Of a DNA stretch of 64,000 bases, positions 28,870 to 39,083 are shown in pieces. Location: the IMG/VR virus record IMGVR_UViG_3300032288_005579. The stretch is one strand, 5' to 3'. Origin of the DNA: a virus. Position numbers and translations under genes: made by a program. Within the stretch, counting starts at the first letter, position 1; each line of letters starts with the position of its first letter. The notes below the pieces were generated by a model. It did not search any database. It saw only the letters and a list, made by a program, of their open reading frames with translations, and was not told where the DNA came from.

Positions 28870-29822
28870 AACCCAAATTAGTCATATCGAACATGTATAG
28901 AGCGAAGAACAAATACGCCTTCTTCGCCATGCACCAAGCCATAACGAAACTACCAGAGTTGGATATTGAATTCCACATTTTGTGGGATGATTACGCGTAT
29001 GAAGATTCTTGGACCAAAAAGATAAATGAACTTGGATGTAAGATAGTTCCTTATACTAAAAAACAATTAGACGAATACTGTATAGGTCTTGGAGTGCCTC
29101 AATCTAAAATAGATCAATTCAAGAATTTTGGAGCCATCTATTTCATAATACATGCCCACTATTTGTACAGCCATAAAATCACAGATTACTATTTGATCTA
29201 TGACGATGACATATACTTCAAAGACGATTTGCAAGAACTGAAGCACTGCCTAATCAATAAAATACCCTGCTTAATCGCAGAACCCATGAACAGTTATTGC
29301 GACAAAGTAATGGCGAACACGCTTTTTGATTTGTATCCGGGAGCCAAAGATTATTATATTGCAATAAATCCCCAGATTCTGGGATTCAATGCTGGTTTTC
29401 AAGGAATAAGCTTAGATATGTACGAAGACTTCCTTGATCCTCAGTATTTTAATTACTTACTGGGAATTTTTAACTATAACGGCATATACGACGAAAATGG
29501 AAAAGAGATAACGGGTCCGAAAAGAACAATGATAGATACTCAGCAACAGTCTTTTTTCGGGATTATGAATATCATAAGGTCTAAAACCACTCCCCACATA
29601 TTGAATCCCAGTGAATACTTTGTGTGTCCTAATTGGGGCACTCATCCAATTTATGGACAATTGGATCCCACAAATGAATACGAGGGCTGGGATATAAATA
29701 TGAAATCAAAGGTGGTTCACTTCATAGGGCACACCAAATTTAACGGAGTGTATTACGGTAAACCGAAAGTCTTTTATAAATTAGTTGACGAATACTTAAA
29801 CGCCCATGGAATATACGAATAA
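28863..29822 (+). CDS. Putative GT-A fold glycosyltransferase
   Basis: YLIYDDDIYF (DxD), GFNAGF, VVHFIGH; cluster context. Confidence 0.5.
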   Translation: MVKPKLVISNMYRAKNKYAFFAMHQAITKLPELDIEFHILWDDYAYEDSWTKKINELGCKIVPYTKKQLDEYCIGLGVPQSKIDQFKNFGAIYFIIHAHYLYSHKITDYYLIYDDDIYFKDDLQELKHCLINKIPCLIAEPMNSYCDKVMANTLFDLYPGAKDYYIAINPQILGFNAGFQGISLDMYEDFLDPQYFNYLLGIFNYNGIYDENGKEITGPKRTMIDTQQQSFFGIMNIIRSKTTPHILNPSEYFVCPNWGTHPIYGQLDPTNEYEGWDINMKSKVVHFIGHTKFNGVYYGKPKVFYKLVDEYLNAHGIYE

Positions 29823-31599
29823 GAAGCTTAGCGATATTATAGCAGAATTTCTAAAACATTTGGAGATTGATACGGTTTTTGGAATCATAGGATCAGCTAA
29901 TTCCCACATATTTGACTCTATACAAAAACTTGGTTATACAAGAATCATAAACACGCACCACGAACAATCAGCAGTGATGGCGATGGGTGCATACTATAGA
30001 GCATCAGGAAAATTATCTGCGGCTATAGTAACAGCTGGCGGAGGATCTACTAACGCCGTAACAGGAGTCGTAAGTAACTGGGCCGATTCCATACCAGGAT
30101 TGATCATATCAGGTCAAGAAGCAAGTAATTACGTAAGAGATTATAGTAAGCTTAGAATGTATGGAACCCAAGGCCTGAACATGGTTAAAATGGTTTCAGA
30201 CGTTACTAAGTACGCGGTTCAAATAGACGAACACAGTTCTATCCAAGACGAGCTTGAAAAGGCTTTAAAAATATCTGTATCAGATAGACCTGGACCCTGT
30301 TGGATAGACGTACCCTTTAACATGCAATCCAAGATCGTACAAACTAGAGATTGGAAGAATGATATCTCCAGAAGAAAGCTGGTTTTCGTGCAAGATATAT
30401 TAGACGAAATAAGAAAGAGCGAAAGACCCGTTGTATTAGGGGGAAACGGAGTCAGGTTGTCCAACTCAAAAGGCATATTCAATAGGTTTGTAAAGGCGGC
30501 AAAAATCCCCACCTTCCTATCATGGTCAGGCATCGATCTATTGAGTCACGATAATCCCTACTTTTACGGAAGATTCGGTCTATACGGTCAACGAGCTGCT
30601 AACTTCATAGTTCAGAACGCGGACTTAGTTCTTGTGTTAGGTAGTCGATTGGCTCTTCCCCACGTGGGATACGACTTCTCTCAGTTCGCAAGAGGTGCTA
30701 AGATCATCGTAGTAGACATTGACGAATTGGAGGCTAAGAAACATGACAGAGTGTACCACGTTTACGAAGATTGCAAAGATGTTTTGCAGACTTTGATGGA
30801 AGAACCGTGGAAAATTTTTGGAGAAAAACCCAACTGGATTCAGTACTGTAATTCCATTAGATCGAAATACCCACTAGTTGATGATTATCACAAAGATAAC
30901 GGATATATAAATTCCTATAAGTTCATAGACAGAATGTCCGATTATTTGAAGGACGATCACATCGTTGTTACAGATATGGGTACAGCTCTGCTAAGCGGAC
31001 ACCAAACTATAAAACTTAAAGAGAACCAAACAATGTTCACTTCTTTGGGACTCGGAGAAATGGGATACGGATTACCTGGTGCATTAGGCGCCGCACTAGC
31101 TTGTCCAAACAAACCAGTTCTTTGTATGAATTGTGATGGAGGTATGATGATGAATTTACAAGAGGCTCATACAATCATAGAGAACAATCTACCGGTGAAG
31201 ATCATTATCTTCAACAATGACGGGTATCTCATGATCAAGCATACGCAAAAGATGTTGTTCAAGAACAATTACGTTAGCGTAGATAAGAGAACGGGTTTGG
31301 GATTACCGGACTTTAGTAAAGTCATGCCGGCTTTCGGATATGAATACGCAGACTTAAGGTCGTGGGAAGATTTTGATGATAAGATGAAATGGTTCATAGA
31401 CAATCCCAATGCGGCCGTCCTAGAAGTGTTCATGGACCCAGAACAGGATTTTATACCCAAAGTAAAAGGAGTATTGAAAGAGGATTTGACCATACTTGCT
31501 CCACCGATAGAAGAGATGTCTCCGCTTCTGTCTATCGAACAAGTGAAGGACAGCATGATTGTACCTCTAAGTGAAAAGTCAAAACAGATAAAGAGATGA
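29806..31599 (+). CDS. TPP-dependent acetolactate-synthase-like enzyme (YerE-like)
   Basis: HHEQSAVMAMGAY, GGGSTNAVTG, RPGPCWIDVP, GEMGYGLPGALG, CDGG...NNDGY; embedded among deoxysugar genes. Confidence 0.88.
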   Translation: MEYTNKKLSDIIAEFLKHLEIDTVFGIIGSANSHIFDSIQKLGYTRIINTHHEQSAVMAMGAYYRASGKLSAAIVTAGGGSTNAVTGVVSNWADSIPGLIISGQEASNYVRDYSKLRMYGTQGLNMVKMVSDVTKYAVQIDEHSSIQDELEKALKISVSDRPGPCWIDVPFNMQSKIVQTRDWKNDISRRKLVFVQDILDEIRKSERPVVLGGNGVRLSNSKGIFNRFVKAAKIPTFLSWSGIDLLSHDNPYFYGRFGLYGQRAANFIVQNADLVLVLGSRLALPHVGYDFSQFARGAKIIVVDIDELEAKKHDRVYHVYEDCKDVLQTLMEEPWKIFGEKPNWIQYCNSIRSKYPLVDDYHKDNGYINSYKFIDRMSDYLKDDHIVVTDMGTALLSGHQTIKLKENQTMFTSLGLGEMGYGLPGALGAALACPNKPVLCMNCDGGMMMNLQEAHTIIENNLPVKIIIFNNDGYLMIKHTQKMLFKNNYVSVDKRTGLGLPDFSKVMPAFGYEYADLRSWEDFDDKMKWFIDNPNAAVLEVFMDPEQDFIPKVKGVLKEDLTILAPPIEEMSPLLSIEQVKDSMIVPLSEKSKQIKR

Positions 31600-32462
31600 T
31601 CAGAGTAGGAATAATAGGGACTGGAAATATAGGAGCGGATCTTTTGTTGAAGGTACTAAAGACTGACTACATAAAGCCTGTCATATTTGCAGGAAGGCGC
31701 TTAGACTCCGATGGTATGAGAATAGCCAAAGAGCGCGGAGTTCCAGTAACTGATAAGGGCATACAGTACTTCATAGACAACCCAAAGTGTTGCGATGTCG
31801 TGTATGATTGTACGAACGCTGATGACGCAAGAGAACACGCTAATGTATTCTCAGAACAGGGGATAAAAGTCATAGACCTTACGCCTTCTAAGGTAGGAGT
31901 CATGTGTTCGCCAAGCATAAATCCCAGTGCAGTACAGTTGAACGAGAATGTCAACATGATAACTTGCGGAGGACAGTCTGCAGTGCCCATGTTGAATCTG
32001 ATTTCTAAGTATTGTAAAGATTTAAGATATGTGGAGATGGTATCCCAGATCTCATCCAATAGTGCAGGGATGGCGACAAGGATAAACATTGATTCTTACA
32101 TACACACAACAGAGAGCGCGATCAGGCAGTTTACAGGATGCGAAAACTGCAAGGTCATATTGAACCTGAACCCAGCAGAACCCTGCGTGGACATGCAAAC
32201 CACCATGTTTCTACAGTTTAAAGATATTGATTTCAACAAACTGGTGGAGGAGATCTATAAGAAAGTTAAGGAGTTGCAGCGATACATTCCGCATTACGAA
32301 TTAGTACTTCCTCCAGTTATAAACGACGACGTATTAGTGTTGAGCATAAAAGTTAGGGGATCAGGTGACTATTTGCCAGAATACGCAGGAAACCTTGACG
32401 TTATAAATTGCGCAGCTATAGAATTAACTAGAATACTAAATGAAACAGATAATCATAACTGA
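31596..32462 (+). CDS. mhpF: Acetaldehyde dehydrogenase (acylating)
   Basis: GIIGTGNIG, IDLTP, NMITCGGQ (catalytic Cys), TRINID, GSGDYLPEYAGNLD. Confidence 0.93.
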   Translation: MIRVGIIGTGNIGADLLLKVLKTDYIKPVIFAGRRLDSDGMRIAKERGVPVTDKGIQYFIDNPKCCDVVYDCTNADDAREHANVFSEQGIKVIDLTPSKVGVMCSPSINPSAVQLNENVNMITCGGQSAVPMLNLISKYCKDLRYVEMVSQISSNSAGMATRINIDSYIHTTESAIRQFTGCENCKVILNLNPAEPCVDMQTTMFLQFKDIDFNKLVEEIYKKVKELQRYIPHYELVLPPVINDDVLVLSIKVRGSGDYLPEYAGNLDVINCAAIELTRILNETDNHN

Positions 32463-33438
32463 CTCGTCTTTGAGGGACGGTAATCACGCCGTTAAACACA
32501 GTCTAGACTTCCACAGCGTAAAAAGATACTGTAAAGCCGCAGAGGAGTGCGGTATACCCATTGTAGAAGTCGGTCATGGAAACGGATTAGGAGCATCTTC
32601 CTTACTAATAGGAAAATCAAAGTATGCAGATAGAGAACTCCTAAGTTCTGCAAGAGAGATTTTAGTGAATAGTAAATTGGGAATACACATCATTCCCGGT
32701 ATTGCTACTATAAAGAAAGACATAGAACCCGCCATAGAGATAGGAGTAGATGTGTACAGAGTCGCCACTCATTGCACTGAAGCCACGTTGTCGAAGTCTC
32801 ACATAGAATATCTCAAGTCAAAAAATAAAACTGTTTTTGGTGTTCTCATGATGTCTGCATTAGCAGACACTAAGACTCTATTAGATAACGCGAAGATCAT
32901 GGAAGAATACGGAGCCGAAGCCGTCATAATCATGGATTCTACTGGAACTTATTTACCGCACGATGTGAAGGAGAGGATTTCGGCTCTCAAGAATGGATTG
33001 AATATTGATATTGGATTTCATGCGCATGATAACTTGGGATTGGCAACAGCAAATTCCCTTGTAGCGGCAGAAGAAGGAGCTAAATACATAGACGCCTGCA
33101 TAAGAGGATTCGGTGCGGGAGCGGGCAATGCTCATCTTGAAATGATAGTACCGGTATTGGAAAAGAGCGGATTCAAACTCAACGTGGATTTTAAGAGGAT
33201 CATAATAGAAGCAGACAGCGTTATGGAATATCTGATACCCTCAGCTCCCGTATCCACTCCTGTGAATGTATTGACCGGCTTAAATCGATTGTTCTCAGGT
33301 TTCGAAAAACCCATAATCAAAGCATCTAAACTTTATGGAGTTGAATACTCTTCGTTGATATTTGAATTGGGAAATAGAAAGCTGGTTGCAGGACAAGAGG
33401 ATCTGATATTAGAGGTTGCGCAAAAATTAAAGAAATGA
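32440..33438 (+). CDS. mhpE: 4-hydroxy-2-oxovalerate aldolase
   Basis: LRDGNH, EVGHGNGLG, ATHCTEA, GFHAHDNLG, GFGAGAGN, LVAGQED. Confidence 0.93.
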   Translation: MKQIIITDSSLRDGNHAVKHSLDFHSVKRYCKAAEECGIPIVEVGHGNGLGASSLLIGKSKYADRELLSSAREILVNSKLGIHIIPGIATIKKDIEPAIEIGVDVYRVATHCTEATLSKSHIEYLKSKNKTVFGVLMMSALADTKTLLDNAKIMEEYGAEAVIIMDSTGTYLPHDVKERISALKNGLNIDIGFHAHDNLGLATANSLVAAEEGAKYIDACIRGFGAGAGNAHLEMIVPVLEKSGFKLNVDFKRIIIEADSVMEYLIPSAPVSTPVNVLTGLNRLFSGFEKPIIKASKLYGVEYSSLIFELGNRKLVAGQEDLILEVAQKLKK

Positions 33439-34349
33439 ACATACTCATTACAGGCGGCAACGGATTTCTTGGATCTAATTTAGTTAGAAGATTTTTGTTT
33501 GAGAATCACAGTGTATACGTTGTATCGAACAATACCAATAACATAACTGATGTATTAGATCGTGTTAAGTATAGTAAAGGTCACACCAAAGATTTACCCG
33601 ATCTTAAAGACGAGATAAGAGAATTCTCGCCTGACGCAGTGCTCCACCTCGGTTGGTCAGGAGGCAATAGGCATATAGACGTAAACGATCTAAAACAATT
33701 TCAAGAGAATATCGAACCGGGAATTCATTTTCTAAAGATACTAGGAGATCTTCCTATTCCTCCAAATTTCTATGGATTCGGAAGCTTTTCTGAATACGGT
33801 AATTACAATCGTAAAATATCAGAGACGGATCAAGAGGATCCGATAAATCTATATGGATTGTCCAAGTACACGTTCAAAAACTATAGTAAGTTGATATGTA
33901 GCATGTATGATATGGACTGGTCTTGGATCAGACCATGTTACACCTATGGTCCTTATGATGTGGATACAAGATTGATTCCTTTACTTATCAAAAAGTTTTC
34001 TAATCACGAACACGTAATCTTAGACGATTGCGAAAAGAGACTAGACTATTTGTATGTAGACGATTTTGTAAACTACGTGTATACACTAGTGGTCAAAAAG
34101 AAGGTAGGAACATTCAACGTGTGTTCTGGAAAAGAATACTCTCTAAAAGATGTTATACTCAAAATCAAGAAGCTTACTAATTCCAAAAGCGAAATTACAT
34201 TTGATCCTAGTTTGAATAGAACATACGTCTCTAAATATATCTGTGGAAACAATAGTAAGATAGTAAAAGCAACTAGCACTTCACCTAAAGTAAGTATAGA
34301 AGAAGGACTCATGAATACCATAAATCACTATAAACAAAAAATAAAATGA
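33435..34349 (+). CDS. NAD-dependent epimerase/reductase (extended SDR)
   Basis: TGGNGFLGS, YGLSK, YTYGP. Confidence 0.88.
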   Translation: MNILITGGNGFLGSNLVRRFLFENHSVYVVSNNTNNITDVLDRVKYSKGHTKDLPDLKDEIREFSPDAVLHLGWSGGNRHIDVNDLKQFQENIEPGIHFLKILGDLPIPPNFYGFGSFSEYGNYNRKISETDQEDPINLYGLSKYTFKNYSKLICSMYDMDWSWIRPCYTYGPYDVDTRLIPLLIKKFSNHEHVILDDCEKRLDYLYVDDFVNYVYTLVVKKKVGTFNVCSGKEYSLKDVILKIKKLTNSKSEITFDPSLNRTYVSKYICGNNSKIVKATSTSPKVSIEEGLMNTINHYKQKIK

Positions 34350-34984
34350 AAAACTTAGTAGTTGAAAAAGAGGGCGGTTGGATATGGCCGGCTTTGGATC
34401 AAATTAGTTGGGAATACCAGAACGAATTTCAAGATTTGGCTCAACATGTTTTGCCTCACGTAAAAGACAGAAGAGTGATGATTCAAGCGGGAGGAAACTG
34501 CGGATTCATGCTAAGTAAGTTTGTTGGAGAGTTTGAGCACGTGTATACGTTTGAACCAGATCCTGTCAATTTCTACTGTCTGAATCAAAATTTGCAAAAC
34601 GAGAATGTTATAAAATTACAAGCGTGCTTAGGAAAAGACAGAAATCCTGTGAGAACTCAACAACTATTTAGAGAAGGAAAACCGAATGATACGGGGGGAG
34701 TGCACGTATCAGGAGCAGGATATGTTCCATCTATTCTAATAGACGATTTGAATTTACCTTACTGCGATTTGATACAGTTAGACGTTGAGGGATACGAATA
34801 CAACGCTATTCTAGGCGGTCTTCATACCATTAAAACCCATAAACCAGTTTTGTGCGTAGAGTTCTGTGAAAAGTGGTTAAATAAATACGATTCAGACTCA
34901 AACAAACTCCTTGATTTGCTTAATTCGATGGGATACTCTATGGTAGAAGAACACGGAGTCGATAAGATCTTTACTTATAAATAG
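34346..34984 (+). CDS. FkbM-family methyltransferase
   Basis: IQAGGNCG, TFEPDP, IQLDVEGYE. Confidence 0.87.
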   Translation: MKNLVVEKEGGWIWPALDQISWEYQNEFQDLAQHVLPHVKDRRVMIQAGGNCGFMLSKFVGEFEHVYTFEPDPVNFYCLNQNLQNENVIKLQACLGKDRNPVRTQQLFREGKPNDTGGVHVSGAGYVPSILIDDLNLPYCDLIQLDVEGYEYNAILGGLHTIKTHKPVLCVEFCEKWLNKYDSDSNKLLDLLNSMGYSMVEEHGVDKIFTYK

Positions 34985-34992
34985 TCCAATCT

Positions 34993-35781
34993 ATGAAAGT
35001 ACTTGTGACTGGAGCTAATGGATACATAGGGAAAAGCCTGTGTATAAATTTGTCTTCGAAATATGAGATAACTGCTATAACCAGAAAAGAGGTAGATCTT
35101 ACGGATTTTCAAGCTGTGAGTGAATACTTCAAAGACAAGTATTTTGATGTGGTTATTCACTGTGCTATAAGCGGTGGACGTAGATTGCAAGAAGACGGAA
35201 TATCGGTTTTAGATGATAACATAAAGATGTTCTACAATCTAGAACACAACAAAAATCACTTCGGAAGGTTCATAAACTTCGGATCGGGCGCAGAGATATA
35301 TCATAAGAACAAGTATTATGGCCTTAGTAAGAGTGTTATAAACCAATCAATAAGAACAAAGGAAAAATTCTACAACGTTAGGATATTCGCGGTGTTCGAT
35401 CAAAACGAATTAGACACCAGATTCATAAAGACTTGCATAACGAATTATCTTAATAGACAGGCCATAGTCATACACGCAGATAAGCACATGGATTTTTTCT
35501 ATATGAAAGATCTAATAACTGTTGTAGATTACTACATAAGCAATGAAGATCCTCCATTTAAAGAGTTCAACTGCAGTTATGGAAAACCTATAACCCTTAA
35601 ACAAATTGCGTATCTCATAAATCACCTAGAAAATCATAAAGTACCAGTGATAGTAGAGTCCCAATCCATGGAAGTAGATTACATATCGCTGACAACCCAA
35701 AGAATTCTTGGATTAGATTACATAGGATTAGAGAGCGGCATAATAGAGACATATAACAATCTTACAAATGAAAAAAATTAG
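34993..35781 (+). CDS. NAD-dependent epimerase/reductase (extended SDR)
   Basis: TGANGYIG, FGSGAE, YGLSK. Confidence 0.85.
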   Translation: MKVLVTGANGYIGKSLCINLSSKYEITAITRKEVDLTDFQAVSEYFKDKYFDVVIHCAISGGRRLQEDGISVLDDNIKMFYNLEHNKNHFGRFINFGSGAEIYHKNKYYGLSKSVINQSIRTKEKFYNVRIFAVFDQNELDTRFIKTCITNYLNRQAIVIHADKHMDFFYMKDLITVVDYYISNEDPPFKEFNCSYGKPITLKQIAYLINHLENHKVPVIVESQSMEVDYISLTTQRILGLDYIGLESGIIETYNNLTNEKN

Positions 35782-37054
35782 TTTCATAATAAACGCATCA
35801 GTCAATACACTGAGTTATCTCAAGCTACTTCTGAATTCTCTTAAGACCAATCTGAGGTATTACGAACACGAGATCATAGTATTTGTCGATTCTGATAATG
35901 AGGGCACAACAGAGTATTTGAAATCTATAAAATCTGATTATTACGATTTGAAGGTTATAACCCACTCATTAAAACCCTGCGTAGGATACTCTAGAAATAG
36001 CAATCTATTGGTAGAACTAGCATCACACGATATAGTGAGTTATCTTCAATCAGACATGGTCGTCTGCAAAGATTACGATGTGGGTATATTAGAGGACATA
36101 GAAGACAATTGCATACTTAGTTCTACTAGAATAGAACCTCCGTTACACGGACCCTCCGAAGTAACATTTACAGCAAACTTTGGGTTATATCCTAATACAT
36201 TCAAAAACGAAGAGTTTCTTCAGTACTCAGAATCTGTAAAGAGTACTAAGATAGTATCTCATTTCTTTGCGCCCTTTACTTTCTATAAAAAGGTGTGGTT
36301 GGATTGTGGAGGTTACGATACACTATTTAGAAAATCAAGAGAAGACTCAGATCTTTTACAGAGATTTGTACATAGCGGTGTTAAGATAAAGCAAACATAC
36401 AAATCGAATGTTTATCATTTCACGTGTGTTGCATCAAGAGGTTTGAACTGGTTCGATAGATCTAATAAAGAAGCACAAGAAAAGCTGCAAATGCAGAACA
36501 TAGCAGACACTATTGAAATGAAGAAATTCATAAGAAAGTGGGGAGGATTCTCACACGGGGAGGAACAACTGTACAAATACGATATAGATCTTGTATTGTT
36601 AAATTCAAATGAACACAATACGGATATGTCTATAATACCAAACATCGAGCCATACTTCTCTAGAGTTTGGCTACAGTCTGAAGAGATAGTACAAAAGATA
36701 ACATCATTCTCTCAAAATGGAGAACACCTATACGCGAACACGCTTCTTAAGTTTACCGAAGAAGATTGGCAAAAATTCAGCAAGTACTACAATAGTACAG
36801 ACTATTCAAAGATTTATAAATTCGGTGCACCAGAAGAGTGGAACATAAAGATAGAAGTGCCTGTTGAAGGGTTGGTCAGAGACAATTTCATAGTCTCCAA
36901 TCCAGCGATCCTCAAGAGCATGATAAATGTTGAACCTGGTAGATACGAAACGGATTTTAATACAGTAATAGACATAAGGAACCATAAGCTTATTGATACC
37001 CCTGTAAAAGTGGAAAACCCCGTGTTTGATATGGAGCTCATACAAATACATTGA
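35768..37054 (+). CDS. Glycosyltransferase family 2
   Basis: ISFIINAS, VFVDSD, YLQSDM, GGYDTLF..SREDSD. Confidence 0.8.
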   Translation: MKKISFIINASVNTLSYLKLLLNSLKTNLRYYEHEIIVFVDSDNEGTTEYLKSIKSDYYDLKVITHSLKPCVGYSRNSNLLVELASHDIVSYLQSDMVVCKDYDVGILEDIEDNCILSSTRIEPPLHGPSEVTFTANFGLYPNTFKNEEFLQYSESVKSTKIVSHFFAPFTFYKKVWLDCGGYDTLFRKSREDSDLLQRFVHSGVKIKQTYKSNVYHFTCVASRGLNWFDRSNKEAQEKLQMQNIADTIEMKKFIRKWGGFSHGEEQLYKYDIDLVLLNSNEHNTDMSIIPNIEPYFSRVWLQSEEIVQKITSFSQNGEHLYANTLLKFTEEDWQKFSKYYNSTDYSKIYKFGAPEEWNIKIEVPVEGLVRDNFIVSNPAILKSMINVEPGRYETDFNTVIDIRNHKLIDTPVKVENPVFDMELIQIH

Positions 37055-37071
37055 TATTGCACCCAAATCCA

Positions 37072-37079
37072 TATTTATA
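37072..37079 (+). promoter_or_regulatory. TATTTATA motif
   Basis: Exact octamer 10 nt before ATG 37090. Confidence 0.55.
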
Positions 37080-37089
37080 ATAAAGAACA

Positions 37090-37398
37090 ATGGAACCAGC
37101 TACCCATCCCAGATACACCATTACCCTAGAGGGGCAGAAGTATACTCTTCAATTTGACACTGAGGATTCGCCCACCAAGAGAGGCATCAATATGCAGATC
37201 GTTTTACCTGAAGGCGAGATGGATCCTAGGAAAGTCCAAGAACTAGCCAGTAAAATAACTGTAGCACTCCAGAAAAAGTTAGCGAACTCAAATATCGCCG
37301 TTGACTATAATGAAAGAAATCCCTACAAAAATGTTATAAGCTATATCATTCCGTTAAACTCTATATCAAAACTGATAATAAATTCTCTGAAGTCATAA
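37090..37398 (+). CDS. Hypothetical protein
   Basis: 102 aa ORF after the motif. Confidence 0.7.
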   Translation: MEPATHPRYTITLEGQKYTLQFDTEDSPTKRGINMQIVLPEGEMDPRKVQELASKITVALQKKLANSNIAVDYNERNPYKNVISYIIPLNSISKLIINSLKS

Positions 37399-37413
37399 AC
37401 ATGAAAAACAGTT

Positions 37414-37755
37414 ATGGAAAAAAGAAGAAAGGTTCGTGCTACCATATTGGGCATTGATAGCGTAGAGGAGGAGGATTTAAAAAAATCCTTGATACTAAAA
37501 GATCTGGTTATCAAAGAAACTCCTGAGGCAGTAGAAGAAGCGATAAGTAGCAGAAGTAACTTTGCCACTATATTTGAAGTAAACGATTCTGGAAATTATG
37601 TAGAGATACATAAGAGAGATTGGATACCTGCTTTGCAAGCGTGTCTTATGTACTGTGTACAAAAAGAAAATTACGAAGCTTGTACAAAAATAAACAAGCT
37701 TATTGATAAATTGAAATTGGTGAACAGCGCAATAAAAGTAAAGAAAAAGTCATGA
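37414..37755 (+). CDS. Hypothetical protein (UVR-like C-terminal helices)
   Basis: ENYEACTKI pattern; co-oriented. Confidence 0.65.
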   Translation: MEKRRKVRATILGIDSVEEEDLKKSLILKDLVIKETPEAVEEAISSRSNFATIFEVNDSGNYVEIHKRDWIPALQACLMYCVQKENYEACTKINKLIDKLKLVNSAIKVKKKS

Positions 37756-38159
37756 ATGAACCTTATAAAAATCTTAAGATCACTATAGACGAGATACTAA
37801 ATACAAACTGCATAGTAAGAAGAAAGCGTAAATCTGAATCGGATAAGAACACAGAGATCTTCAAACAAGTCATAAATACTATAGAGTTCATAAACAATAG
37901 ATCTTACTTAGCAATGCACGAATTTGGCATGGATATGAATGCCTACGATGAAAAATTTCTTGAGGTTATAGATGCACTTTTATACACGATGTACGGAAAA
38001 GATTGTTACGAACTAATAAGCTTCTATCTATTCCACAGGATAAACGAAGATGGCACCATAAACCCAGTCATTGTCGAAGAGACGGGTCAAAAGATAGTGT
38101 TAGAAAACCCTTACCAACTGTATGATCTCATAAAAGAGATCAATCCCAAAATAAAGTAA
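37752..38159 (+). CDS. Hypothetical protein
   Basis: ATGA overlap with the previous gene. Confidence 0.7.
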   Translation: MNEPYKNLKITIDEILNTNCIVRRKRKSESDKNTEIFKQVINTIEFINNRSYLAMHEFGMDMNAYDEKFLEVIDALLYTMYGKDCYELISFYLFHRINEDGTINPVIVEETGQKIVLENPYQLYDLIKEINPKIK

Positions 38160-38890
38160 TGTCAGAGGATCCCATAAAATACGGAGAACGCAAAGATTGG
38201 TACACTAACGGTCTGCAAATACCTGAGGAGAGGATCAGAGAGGCGATGTCAAAAACGCCTAGTAATAAAAAGGCGGCGCAATACTTAGAGGTGTCCTATC
38301 CGACCTATAAGAAATATGCAAAAGCATACGTGGATATGGAAACAGGAAAAACCCTATTCGATCTTCACCAAAACCAGGCAGGAAGGGGAATAGTAGGTAG
38401 GACCTGGGTTGGAGGAAAAATGAGATTGAACTGGGACAATATACTCAGACCAAATCAACGCGCCACTCCAGAGAGGATAGAAAAACTCAAACATAATCTA
38501 AAGCAACACCAAAAACTTGAAGAAAAATGTTATCGGTGTAATTTCAATGAGAGGCGAGTAGAAGATAATAAGATACCGCTAATACTCAATTTTAAGAATG
38601 GAGATAAGACAGATTGGACTGTACAGAACCTAGAATTTGTTTGTTACAATTGTGCGTATCTTCATTGTTTAGATTTCTATGAAGATTCCGTGGTGGATAA
38701 GGTAGAAAAGCTCAGCATTTTGGCCCCCCAAGGAAGGAAAGACAGGCAAAAGTTTTTGGAGCTGGATGATTTTTACATGGACCACGTAAACAAACTGGGC
38801 ATTAGTATAGAAGACTTACCAAGCCAAGAAAAAAATATTACAAATTCTGATATCAAGGACGATTTTTCAGACTTCATTGATTATGTATAA
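38159..38890 (+). CDS. HTH plus degenerate HNH zinc-finger protein
   Basis: AAQYLEVSYPTYKKY helix-turn-helix; CYRC...LNFKNGDKTDWTVQNLEFVCYNC. Confidence 0.65.
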   Translation: MSEDPIKYGERKDWYTNGLQIPEERIREAMSKTPSNKKAAQYLEVSYPTYKKYAKAYVDMETGKTLFDLHQNQAGRGIVGRTWVGGKMRLNWDNILRPNQRATPERIEKLKHNLKQHQKLEEKCYRCNFNERRVEDNKIPLILNFKNGDKTDWTVQNLEFVCYNCAYLHCLDFYEDSVVDKVEKLSILAPQGRKDRQKFLELDDFYMDHVNKLGISIEDLPSQEKNITNSDIKDDFSDFIDYV

Positions 38891-39083
38891 TAAACGCATC
38901 ATGAAAAATCAAAGTTGCCTCAAAAGAAGTATGAGGATTTTAGGATTGGGAATAAGGAAGGCGACTTCCTACAAAATGGTCAAAGGCCGATTGTCAAGAG
39001 GCATGTACAGCGACGAGCTGTTACAATACAGATTAGATAGCTATAAAATTAAGGAAGAGCAGGTAAAGGAAGCTGAGGTTTGA
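38877..39083 (+). CDS. Small basic hypothetical protein
   Basis: 68 aa; overlaps the convergent gene by 35 nt. Confidence 0.4.
   Translation: MIMYNKRIMKNQSCLKRSMRILGLGIRKATSYKMVKGRLSRGMYSDELLQYRLDSYKIKEEQVKEAEV

Noticed and set aside
31596-33438. Aromatic-compound degradation auxiliary genes
   Set aside because: No dioxygenase, hydrolase or hydratase of meta-cleavage is present; the genes overlap sugar-pathway neighbours.
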